A stretch of 64,000 nucleotides of DNA from Camelus dromedarius. Its lineage: Eukaryota. A program made the position numbers and the translations under genes. Position 1 is the stretch's first letter. Every line of letters begins with the position of its first letter. The stretch lies in assembly GCF_036321535.1 (NCBI RefSeq), contig NC_087437.1, forward strand, positions 91,266,001-91,330,000, written 5' to 3'. A model generated the notes under the pieces. That model did no database searches. It saw only the letters and a list, made by a program, of their open reading frames with translations, and had not been told where the DNA came from. Positions 35,371 through 47,663 of the stretch are shown here, one piece after another.

Positions 35371-38201
35371 AAAATGCTTGAACTGAGTTATTCAGAAGTA
35401 TAACTGAAATATTTATTTGAATTGCAATGAATTTATGGAAATTGGGGAGAATGGATATCTTCATAATTTTAAATCCTCTTTTCCTTAGAGTGTGGCTGGA
35501 ATGTTTCTCTTATTATTAAATTTTTTTTAAAAAATAAAAAGTTTTCACCATAGACATAGTTTTAACTTCATTTAAAATTGTGTATTATTTTTAAATAGTT
35601 TAGTTTTTGCTGCTTTTGATATTGGTACATTACTTTTAATTAAATGCTATTTTTTTGTTGCTCTTTGGGAGAAATGTTACTGATTTTTGTAGCTTGTATT
35701 ATATTGAAAAAGATGTTGAAGTTGATTTCACATTGAAATGCTGAAATCATTTTACAAATTTCATATTATATTTTTACATAACTATTTATATAATATCTGA
35801 ATAATAGTAGCATATTTGTTTCCTTCTTATATGTATATATTATTTATTTTGCTTTTCTTACTTATGTTCCTGATATTTAAAGGGAATGTTTGCAAAGTAT
35901 CTCCATTGAGGATAATAATTGCTACAGATTTTTAAAGTTCTGCCTGTCCTAAATAATTTCCCTCTGATTCTTAATTTGCCAGGATTTTTAAAAGCCATAA
36001 TTGAGGTTTTTAACATCATCAAATATTAATATTTTTTCTATTGAGTTGGTTCATGTAAGTTTTTTCCATTAGCCTATTAATTTAGTTAAATGTAGAGCAT
36101 CGTTTTAATACATCATTTCATTTAGTTAGCTAATATTTTATTTAGGATTCTCATGTCTAGTTATAACTGAAATAGACTCCTTTACTGCCTCTTTTTCAAC
36201 TTTATAATCAAGGTTTTATTTGATTTTTAAATTGAAATAAAGAACTTCTGATTTATATTTTATGTAGAAGAATAGTCTATTCCTTATAGGTTCACAAGAC
36301 TATATATAAAAATATGGAACATTTTTTTCATTTCTTTATCTTTAAAAGGTGATATAATTTCCACTTATTTAATATTCATTGAAATGTCTACATTTTCTGC
36401 TTCTTAATTTTCCAATTTTGATATAGTGCACCTTGATAAAATTTTATATCTAATAGCTATTTAAAATATATCATATTTTAAAATATTTTAAATACCTTTA
36501 GCATCAAAAGATTCTCCCCCTGTTTATTTTTGAATTTTGTTGATTTTTTTATCTCTACTATTCATTTATCAATCTGCAAAAACCAACATAAATAGTATTT
36601 CCAAATAAGCAAATTTAGGGTTATATTTGTCATTTACTATTGCTGTTCTTATTTCATTGATATCTCTCTTTATCTTTTTTATTCTCATTTTTATTTGAGA
36701 TTGCTCTCATGCTCTTTTATTCTCAAAATGAAGACTTTATCTGTTCTTTTTTTCTGTTTTCTAATTGATTTATTTAGTACTTTGAAAAAGGTTGATAAAC
36801 ACAACACAGCTTTCTTTCGGTTCTAAATGATGTGATACAATTTCCCTGACGAATTTATTTTAAAGGAAATTTCTAGACTCACGACATTTAAAAAACATTT
36901 GTGTTGATTTTTGTTGGATTTTAATTAATAATCAATATATTCAATATAGCTGTGAAAGTTACTAAAGATGGTTTCTGCAAGTATACTCTTTACTAATATA
37001 TTCATTTCTTTTGACTTGTGCCATTTGTTACTTTACACATATACTTAAAATAAATATTTGTGATTCATTGTTCTAGAAGCATAAAACTTTCCTTTTTTTA
37101 GCTGAATTCTAGTTTATCAAATATTAAGTGTGCTATGCTCTTTTATTGTTATTTTTTGCTCATATTCATACTTAGCTTCTTTTTCATCATTTTGACTTCA
37201 ACCATTTTTAGTCACTGCTTTGTAGTAAAAACCACGTTATTTGTGCTCTAAAATAGCTATATTCTACAGGTTGATTGCTTCTTAATGATGTAATTTAACT
37301 TGTCTTTGTATTTCGTACATTTTTCAGGAATTGGTATTTTGATCTGGAGTGTTGTTTAGAGTCAAGGTAATTTTGTTTTAGGAGGGATATTTTATAGATT
37401 ACTTGACATTGCATATTACCATAAGAAGATACTATCTAGTTTTCTTGTTTTTGTGTGTCTGAGATTGATTTGTTACTTCAGAAGGTGCTCTCCATTGGGA
37501 GGAATTTATTTCTATTCTGGTTTTATTTCCTTCTCTAAGAATATTTTTATTACGAACTCCCTGTGGCGACACTTCTGAAGCCTTGAATGCCCCCAAATAT
37601 TTCTACTACACATACTCATGTAAATCACAGTTTTGCAGGATGAAATTTTGCAGGATGTGTATTCAAACGTCATTTATTTTTATATTTAGACATTATTTTT
37701 ATGTTAGACCTAGGATTGCTGTTTAGGCCTCTGTTATCATTCTTAATTTTTGTTACTTGTGGTGATCTGAATTTTCTCTCTGAAGGTTTTAGAATTCCTT
37801 GCCTCTCTTGATTTCTTAAATTTCACTGAAGTTAGTCTTGCTATATACTTATATTTTCTATCCTGTTTGGCATTCATAGAGCACTTTTTATCTTATGTCT
37901 TCATCTTGATTTGATTCTGTAAAAGTTTTATTCATTGTTTCTTTATTTTTTCCTTGTTTTTTCCCTTTCTACTGAAACTTCTATTATTTATATGATAATA
38001 TATTTCCTGTTATTGTAACTCTTAGCTGTTTTCTTATATTTTCTGTCTTTTTAGCCTAACTTGATATCTTCTGGAAGAATTAATCTGTTCTTTCAGATTA
38101 TGTATTTAAATTTTCCTTTGGTTCCATCCATCCTATATATCATCCCTTTCCCAGTTGTGGACATTATTTCGTTTTATAAAATAAATGTCTCCCCTGAGGC
38201 A

Positions 38202-38259
38202 TGTGTGTATGTTTGTGTGTGTGTGTGTGTATGTGTGTGTTTGTGTATGTATATATATA
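38202..38259. repeat. Imperfect (TG)n/(TA)n microsatellite
   Basis: tgtgtgtatgtttgtgtgtgtgtgtgtgtatg...tatatata. Confidence 0.9.
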
Positions 38260-38985
38260 ATATATAAATTTATGGATGTCATTATAAAATAGTATATATG
38301 TTACCCTTGATATCTATGTTCTACTGTTCTGTTGCTGATATTCTGCTTTTGTTTACTATTTATTTTTGTTGTGGTCAGATGCCATTCCAGATGTCTAATT
38401 GTTTTTGACCCATGAGCTCATGTTCCCCAGAAATTTTAGCTACCTTGTCTCTTGTGTAGTGGAGTAGGAGCTGGATCTCAGGCCCCAATTTTGTTCCCAC
38501 TGGGGATGTTACGAAGATGGTAGGGACTGTGGGTAGATGATTCTGTGGGTATCACAGATTAACTATTGACCATCCCATTTTGCTACCACAGCCTCATTTA
38601 ACTATTTTAATCAAATAATCTCACTTAAACTTTTTGAAATGAGTATCACTAGAAAATAGTTATACTGCCTAGTTTGTAATCCTCAATATTTGAAGATTTG
38701 GGAGAACAGAAGTTAGTGGACAGTTCTTAGCCCAGATTTATTTCCATATGCTATTTTCCTCAGGAGAACCTTCACAGTGTTTGATATTTATAGATCTTAT
38801 TCCCCATGATATGGGATATTGCTGCTTATTCCCATGTTGTAGTGAAAGTAAGAAAGGTGACATCATTTCCAATAATAAAAATTTAATCTCTTCCAATAAA
38901 TTCTTCAGATAAGTCTATCACCAAATATCCTTACCTGCTGGTACATACCCCTCCTTTTATATCATTTCAAAGAAACTTAATCTTT

Positions 38986-39429
38986 TTTTTTAACATTTTT
39001 TATTGATTTATAATCATTTTACAATGTTGTGTCAAATTCCAGTGTAGAGCACAATCTTTCAGTTATACATAAACATACACACATTCATTGTCGCATTTTT
39101 TTCTCTGTGAGCTACCACAAGATCCCGTATATATTTCCCTGTGCTATACAGTATAATCTTGTTTATCTATTCTACAATTTTGAAATCCCAGTCTATCTCT
39201 TCCCACCCCCCGCCCCCTTGGCAACCACAAGTTTGTATTCTATGTCTGTGAGTCTATTTCTGTTTTGTATTCATACTCCTTTTTTTTTTTTTTAGATTCC
39301 ACATATGAGAGATCTCATATGGTATTTTTCTTTCTCTTTCTGACTTACTTCACTTAGAATGACATTCTCCAGGAGCATCCATGTTGCTGCAAATGGCATT
39401 ATGGTGTCGGTTTTTATGGCTGAGTAGTA
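38986..39429 (-). mobile_element. Young camelid-type L1 3' end with TSD
   Basis: ttttattgatttataatcattttacaatgttgtgtcaaattccagtgtagagcac...ttagattccacatatgag...atggctgagtagta; direct repeat ttcaaagaaacttaatcttt at 38966-38985 and 39430-39449. Confidence 0.92.
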
Positions 39430-41354
39430 TTCAAAGAAACTTAATCTTTGCAAGTAGTCTCACAGTTATTTGTAGTCCCCTAGGTTCATGCTTAAGCTAC
39501 CTTTTGTATAGTTTCTACAGAGTAAATTATGGGGAAAAGAGCCGTCAGTCTACCAGTTCACTGTCTCCTTAGAAAATGAGAGTACCACCTTAAATTGAAT
39601 TTCACAGTGCTCTCTTTATCAGCCTCTTTTGTAGTTCACATTTTTGAGAGTATATGGAAGAGCTGTTTCCTTTAACTGCATAAAATGTGTATTTTTTAAG
39701 TGTTAGGAAGGTTTACTTTAAACTTTGTCAGCTGTAGCTTGTAAATTAATTCAGGAAACAACCATCTTTGAAGACATTAATAAATAATAATATCCTAGTT
39801 AAATGTGTACCTACATGTGTCTATAAAACTTGCAGTAACATGTGAATACAAACATAATGTCAACTGAATCATGCACTAATGATAAAGTTAAGAAATTTTT
39901 CTTGTTTAAAAAAACCCCACTCTGTTGGGTTAATCTGGTAAAGCATTTCCCAAGCAATTGGAATAGATTCTTGTAATTATCTGATGAAGAAGAAGGAAAG
40001 TGGAATAGATAGCTCTTCAGATAAGTATCTAGTCAGCCTTAGTCTTAATTATATCTATAAATCCAAGTTACTTTTGCCTTGTATCATTATTCTCCTTTAC
40101 TTTATAAATCACAATATTGGGTGAAGTGATACAGATTATAAAAGGTAAATGCAATGGGCCCTCATATATTTGAAGTTTATGGCCTTTATGTAACGGAAAA
40201 TTTTATTCTATTTGATGTAAAGAATTAATCTTGATTTTTAAATATTTTATTCACTATATTACACAGATTAAACAGGAAAAATGTATAAATTTACAGATGC
40301 ACTGCAGTTTATCAGTACCTTCAAACCACAAGCCATTTATTTACCATTTTATACTATTTCTTTCACCTTATCTGTAAGTTAACAAAGAAACACCCACTTT
40401 CACAATATTGTCAGCGACAAAGAGACGCAGTCATGTAAAAATTTGCCAAAGCTGCAATTAAAACCTGACCAATTTGTTCATTTAATTTTTCTTTGCTCTC
40501 TTTCTCCATCCTTATATACTTTTAGGTGATTTATACAGTAAGTGGCAAAATGTAGACTTTAAATTATTATAAATAGCATAATCATGTATTAGAAAGAGGA
40601 CTGTTAGTGTTGAATTTGTACTCATTAGAAGAATGGCTCACCTATATAACTGTCAAGTCAAAATGAGCTATCCACTCTATGGGGAATCTGATCATATGTA
40701 CCTCACAGTAGTCTAAAAGTGAAGCAATATCAAAACAATGTGCAAGGAAGGCTGTGAATATTAACATCTGAATCTGTATAACCTTTTTTATGTCTCCTAT
40801 TGCTCAGCACCATCCCAATTCTGAGAGACACATGTTATATATAATAGTAAAGAAAGCCAATAGCAAGTATACTGTTTCTCATATCAAGTGACAGCTAGAA
40901 GATGAAAGGGTAATACTAACATTTATTACATTCTGAGTGTTCTATATGTATTAAATGTATGTGTATATTGATATATATTAAATAATATACATTAATATAT
41001 CATTAAATCCATATATCATTATCTCTGTTTTAGAAGCAGTCCAACTCCAAAGATCATACCCTTAACCACCAGAGTATGCTAAAGATGTTGTTCTGTGAGA
41101 ATTGAACATCATAATTAGTAAGCACCATCTAAGATGAGCAGTAGCTAGTTTTCTCTCCAGGATTTGTTGGTCTATCACTCATATCCTAGTTTTTAACTCT
41201 CAGTTTCTCTTTGCTGATCTTACCTAGCCATTTTTATGTATATATATGTATGTGTCTCTATCTCTGTGGTATGCAGCCAAGACACTGACTGTCTGCCTTC
41301 CATTGTTAGATATCAGAAGCTGCTAATAAAGAACTATTGTCATTTTCTAATCTT

Positions 41355-41470
41355 AAGAGACTATGTTCCAGCTTGTCCAATACTAAGAAAGTTCCCATGA
41401 TGCAAGACTCAGTTTTAAAACTGGGGAAAAAAAGTCCAAGGAAAACCGAGATTTATGTTTGTTGTGCATA
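41355..41470. mobile_element. MER81-like hAT-Blackjack MITE
   Basis: ccagcttgtccaatact..gaaagttcccatgatgcaagactcagttttaaaactgggg..aagtccaaggaaaaccgaga matches a CpG-decayed MER81 pattern. Confidence 0.6.
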
Positions 41471-44400
41471 GTTAGAAGTAGAAGCAGTGGACCTTCCTAA
41501 CCCAGTCATCTTCCACACACATTTTAATAGTTTTGGTTTTTTTTTAAGTTGTGGAATAACCTAATGTATCCTCTAATATGTATGGAGATGATTTACACTG
41601 GTATCTGAAACCCCTGGAATAAATAAAGCTACTCTTTGTTTAAAAATTTACAGAAAATAAATCCAGTGGTTTAGATGCATTCACGAGTTACCATACAGAG
41701 GCTTCAATAATAAGGGTTTTGTTCTTAAGAGACTTTAAGGAAATACCTGAAACCTGTCAGATTACCAATGTTAACCCTTTTCCCATAGAGGCATCTGTTC
41801 TTATAAGCTGCTGTATATTATCCTTAATTTCCATTTAAGAAGTTGTAAATTTCAAGCAACACTCTTCTCCAGAGCTGGAAAATTGCACTAGCTCATTGCT
41901 TTCTGGTGTTCAACTGGAGAGCCATATATCTTGCATTTTGATGGCTGCATGCTGAATGGCCATCAGGTAATAATAATGTTGTGAAATGAATAAGAGTGTG
42001 TTTTCAGTGATACACAGGGTGAAATATGGGTAAAATTCCTCCTACCAATAATAGCACTTCTACTTGAAATGTATAGAGTATAGAGAATAGATCTTTATAA
42101 TATTTAATTCTAAATCATTAGATGGTGGGCTCTCAATCCTGACAGCACTCATGTCCAATAGAGAGATCATCTTTTTGATAAGACTATCTTGGGCAAACTA
42201 CACAGCTAAGGAACATTTCAAACCCCCTAATGATTAGAACTACAGTCATCACCTGTGATTTATACGTATGTGTATATGTACCTGCATAACACTTTTATAA
42301 CTAGTATGTTATTTAGGCATGTGTTTGGTGGCAGGACTTGCATTCCAATTTCCTCAAGGCCATATTACTGAAAAAAATCAGTGCAATGAAACACTATGGT
42401 AATCACATGTGTATTACACTCTCAGCACATAAACATATATTATATAACTTTTCCAGACAAGGCTCTCCTACAGATTCTTAAGAGACCTCCTATGCAAGTA
42501 TATAATAAATGGGAGGTAAATTTCAAACAAATAGTTTATTTTTATTTCCAATTCAGTTATCCATTATGTCGGTCCATTATGTTTTGGCTCCCGTGGAGCT
42601 GGGCACTGCAGGAACAATGAGTTGAGCAGTGCTGACTACTGTTCTGATTAGACCAGAAGCTGAGACAGGGTAATTTAAATAGAATAGACTGGCCAATGGC
42701 TGGATGGAGGGAGTTGAATGGAGTGTGGAAGTCATTTACAGAATTGGACAGCATCACAAAAGCGAGATTATCCAGGCTCAATCCCTCATCCATAGCTCAT
42801 GTGGTTCTCCTTGGAATTCTGTGGCCATCTCCAGCTGTTAAAACGCACTTTGTTCTCTTGCAGGTTAGCAAATGACATCTATTTGGAACTATTAGGATTT
42901 GCTGTGGTTTCACTACGGAAAAACCCCACAGAGCTTTAAATAAGAAACTGCACCCGCACTTACCTAATTCTATCTTCATATTAATCTGCACTCTGGTAAT
43001 TGAAAATCAAACAACAAATGTGAAAAATGAAGGTTATTTAGGTCCGAGAGTTTAGAACAAATAACAATAAAACCGTGATTCACGTTGCTGATAGAAGCAC
43101 AGATAATTATAGCAGATATTGGACAACTTGCTTTGCCTTTAGAAAAACTGGGCAATGAGCGAGAACTTGGAGGACAAAATTTGAAGGTGAATCTTTGATA
43201 GCAAGTTTAAACATTTGTAGATTTAATGATCCTACTGATTCATTACAAATAATTGTAGTTCCTGTTGCTGAGACATGAATTTGAAACACAAAGTAAATGT
43301 CAAGATGTTGAAGGGAGTCATGTGGTGAGGGTTCAAGCCTGGATTGCTGCTCCTTCTCAGAGCAGCCTTGTCAGTCTCATTTAATGCAGTATTTTATTGA
43401 ATTCACACAATAATGCAGTGAAATTGGTATTACCAGCCATATTATACAGGTACAGAATGAGGAAATGATGCGCTATTGTGCATTTCATGGATTGTTAACA
43501 ATTAGTGATGTCTTTGAAAATGTGTTTTGTTAATATAATCAGAAAGCATGTAAAAAATTACAAAATGTATCTCATCCTGGGAGTCAGATCTATGTGAGTG
43601 CAATATTTTGAAATTAATTTGTTTATCACCATAGAACTAATGACCAGTGCACTTCTCATTGAATGAATAGCACTATCACATGTATTGTGCAAAATTTCAT
43701 TTACTGGTCTTATTATTGATCTTTATTTTAAGAAGCATTTAAAATCGGAAAATTTATGGAACATTGTGACTATAATCAGAACCATTTCAAAAGCTTTCCT
43801 TCATCATTTAAATATGCAATTAATGCTAATACCTGTCTTAGGAAATGCTGTGAAGCAAGTGCTTTTCTACTCTTGTCTTTTAGTTTACAGGATACGGAGC
43901 CCTTTAGGATATTTTCTTTCTGAAATTAATACCTTCTTTAGTATGGAAGGTAAGTCCGTAAGATCAAGTATGGCATGTATAGGTAGAATTCAGCCCTTAA
44001 GACAGAGCTTGCCTAAATCCTGCTTTCAAAAAGCTGAAGGCAAAATGATCTTGTGCAAAATATTGCAAAGTAGTTGGCAATTTCCTCATCTAGTGCAGAG
44101 CATTATTCTAAACCTTAGGGTAAAACTGTCAGATCATCATTAATCCTGTTTGTGCCCCCCAGTGCAAATTGAAAACATAAAATTTGGTGGGTGTGAATTA
44201 AATTAATGATAGGAAAAACACACAGGCCTATTTTATACTGTGAGTTACAAACATGAAGTTGACAATTACTACCAGAGTCTACTCTAGGGCCCTTTTACCA
44301 TCAGTTGATTTATTTCATCTACTTTTTCTAGTATGAAAGACATAGCCAATCTACAGGATACCACACATTTGGAGATAGTTGCAGCCAAAATATACACAAT

Positions 44401-45619
44401 ATTTTGGAAGGAGCAAATGCCTATCTGCTAGGTTGTCTTACACTCTAATCCTATTACTGGGGATGGGGGAAGGGAGGACAAAGATGTTTTTAAAAGGGCA
44501 GGTGCACACAGTAATCCAGCCAAAAGTAGGAGTACCTCGAGCAGTAATGTATTTTACTAGGACTTTACGTCTCTAAATCTCTGAGTAGAGGACTCCAAGT
44601 TCCCGAGCTACCACGTAACACAGGGTCTGAGTCATAAATTACTGTTGACATTTTTTGTGACTTCTCTTACTGTGTAGATTTCCAAATAGTTGGTCCTAAA
44701 GTCCGCTTTCCATCTCTTGTGTCTTACTAAAGGAAAAAGAAATCCATATAAGGAACAAAACTCCTTTCCCTGGGCAACATGTGTATTTTTTCTTTGTAAT
44801 GGGAATATTAAAGTCAACCTTCATATGTGTTCTACTGTCTAATTACATGTGGAAACAAGCATAATTCACAACTGTGCAATAAAATGTAAATTGTATATGA
44901 TTTAAATTTGTGTGCAGTATACACTTTATTTCAGGCAGTATACTTTTGTTATGTTACTCTCCTGTCACAGACATAAATCAACAGGGAATGTCTTTCCCTG
45001 GAGAAGAATTTTCTGCTGCCTTTTCCCCTATGTAAACAAAACATGGTTTTCCTCTACAAACATTTCATTCATCTTTAGAGCAAAGTTCAAATGACTGTAT
45101 TGGTCCTGTAAGGTTGCTTTGATTCCAAAGACCAGCCCCAAACTTAAAAACAGAACAAAACCAAACAAAAGCAGTCAGGTAAAAAAAAATGATGACTTCA
45201 TGAGAATTTTATAAACACCAAGTCATATAGGAGCCTTTTCTTCAGGAATACCTTTTTTAAAAAACTCTGTATTTGAGAAAAAATTAGCAATTGACTTGGT
45301 TTAATATGAAAACATAATAGACTACGGCCTTTATTAAATAAGCCAAATTTCTGATTCCATGGCCTCAAATCATGCCAATTAATTCTATCTTAAGTCCAGT
45401 CAGTTCATTGATTCTCACATGGCCAAGAGCCAATTCCTTGGGTAAAGAAATTTCTGCCATACTGCTTTAATTTTATTTGAAAATTAATTGTTTCAAATAA
45501 ATTATATATTCTATAATGGGATTTGTATTGGGATAGTAGAAAATCAGATAATCAGATAATAATCTTGTCTATATAGTAAGTGCTATATACATGTGAATGA
45601 AATGGATAAATTGAACTGA

Positions 45620-47110
45620 AAAAATGCATAGCTGCCATCCATTTCACCCTGCCTCTCCCATTTTCACTCTCATTGCTTTGTGCCCTGAGTTGTTTTATAA
45701 AGATGACTAATAACTATACTTTCCTGATCCAAGATTACTCCTCCAACATATTTTCTATAGGGCTCTGAAACTGATCATTCCCAACTACAATTTTTGTGTG
45801 ATTAACTTTATTTTTGTTGGTGCTTCAATGCTTGCAAATTACATTCAGATCCTACACTTTGGATTAAGGCATAATGTAGATCCCTACCTTATCTATATTC
45901 TCTTTCTAATTCTGGGAAATGTTTTAGTCATCAAAAAGTGACCCTATGTAATATTCTACTTGGTCTTAACCCCAAACTTTTTCTGCTTTCTCTTATCAAA
46001 CCTCATCTCTGCTATTCTCACTTTCTAACTGACCTTTCATAGTATATTTTTAGACTGAGGCTATTTAAAAAAAAATACCATCCTCTAATCTCTACATGCC
46101 CGTTTCTTTTCTACTCCCCTCTGGGTTCAGAGGGATACCTTTTAGTCTTATTTACCAAAGCTAACCTGCCTACGGAGGCTGTGATTCTTTCCTCTTATCC
46201 TGTATGACTTTTCTCTCTTTGAAAATCTCTCTCTTCACGGGATCTTCCAGTCCACTGGAAATGTGTTCAAGAGAACTTCATTCAAAAAATTAATAACAAG
46301 AAAAAATAAAGGTGTCTAACTTCAAATCATGTATCCATCAAGGTCAATAAACTTACCGCGTTACTGCTGTAATTACTGGACAGGTTAGTATTTATTGCTT
46401 CTGTATAATAATTACACCCACATCCTAAATCTCTTGCAGTTAGGCTTGATTCTCATCACTCTTCACAACTGCTCTTATAAATATAATCAAATCATTATTC
46501 TTAAGCTAAAATTTATTGAAGACTTTTTATTCCAGCCAAAGCCTAAAGCATCTACATGGATTACATACTCAAACCTGCACAGAGATGAGAAATTGGAAGT
46601 TAGAAATTACCCTAGGGTTACAACAGAGCTATCAAAGCTTGGGATTGGATTTAGGTTTTCCAGTTCCAGAGCTTATATACTACCTGATCTCTTCTTATTT
46701 GAAGGCAAATTATTATCATAGAATTATTTTAGCTGTTATGTTGAATTTTCTGTATCATTCATTACTATTGACTGTCACATTATTAATTCATTTTTCTACT
46801 TCCTTGGTGTCTGACATTGCAGTTTTTCTGTTTTTATCTTAATTTCCTACCTGCTTTTTCTAGTGTCTTTACTGCTGAATTTTATTCCTCCTTCATTCCA
46901 TCAATGCAGATGTTACCCAATGAATATTACCGTGACCCTTTCCTCTCTCAACAGTCTCTCCCGTCACAACTGTTAAACCTTTTGAACTATTACCACTATG
47001 TAGCTGATTCCCCATTTTATAAATTTTGCCCTAATCTTCCTCCTGAGATATAAATCTGCATTTTAATTGACTCTAGATCATTCCTTACTTCTTGTTGAGG
47101 CTGAATATAA
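45620..47110 (+). mobile_element. Long degraded L2 with nested MIR(-) at about 46495-46690
   Basis: accaaagctaacct, ttgaactattaccactatgtagctgattccc..ccctaatcttcctcctgag (L2); agatgagaaattggaagttagaaattaccctagggttacaacag (MIR). Confidence 0.55.
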
Positions 47111-47522
47111 TAACTTCAACTCAAAATAAAAGCATAAGGTTAAATATTGTTACCATGCTGTCATCACAGACATTAATTTTTCTGGCCTCACAGCTACCAA
47201 TACTGCAAATCCAAGGAAGATTGAGGAACCGGTTTAAAGGAGGAGATGTACTGCTAAAGATTATAGAAAAAGGGATATTAAAAAAGTGGAGCAAGAAGAC
47301 ATTTTATTAAGTAATAAAATAAAACCTATAATTCGTATATAGAACTCAGTATTTTAACCATTTGAAATAACGTGCTATATTTTGGAACATTTCTTAGGTG
47401 ATAAGGTTCCTATGGTTTTATTTGTCAGCTCTCTTTCTTGAAACCAAAATATGGACCTGACCGTAGTCTTATCTTCTCCAGTTAATTCTCTGACAATATA
47501 GTCATTTTTTTTCCTCTTTCAG

Positions 47523-47663
47523 GTCCTCATTGGTTGTGGTTTTATGCTGAAGAGTACATTTGGAAATTTGTTTTAGACAGTTTGATGATCTCTGTAATGC
47601 TAATGGAGCTCAGATTCTGTGATCAGTTTTCAGATGAGAGGGATTTGCATGCCATTCACAGAG
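47523..47663 (+). other. Candidate 141-nt internal exon, open in one frame
   Basis: ctgac...ttttttttcctctttcag|GT...AGAG|gtagta; phase 1-1; reads PHWLWFYAEEYIWKFVLDSLMISVMLMELRFCDQFSDERDLHAIHR; no protein recognised. Confidence 0.25.

Larger units (their letters stand above)
34540..38450 (-). mobile_element. Long, old, degraded L1 (ORF2 towards 5' region), interrupted by a younger L1
   Basis: ttgaattgcaatgaatttat..ttggggagaatggatatcttcataat, ttcctgatatttaaagggaatg, tagctaatattttatttaggatt are antisense L1 ORF2 motifs. Confidence 0.7.

Noticed and set aside
43116..43186. Plus-strand exon reading IGQLALPLEKLGNERELGGQNLK
   Set aside because: Acceptor lacks a pyrimidine tract; no homology recognised
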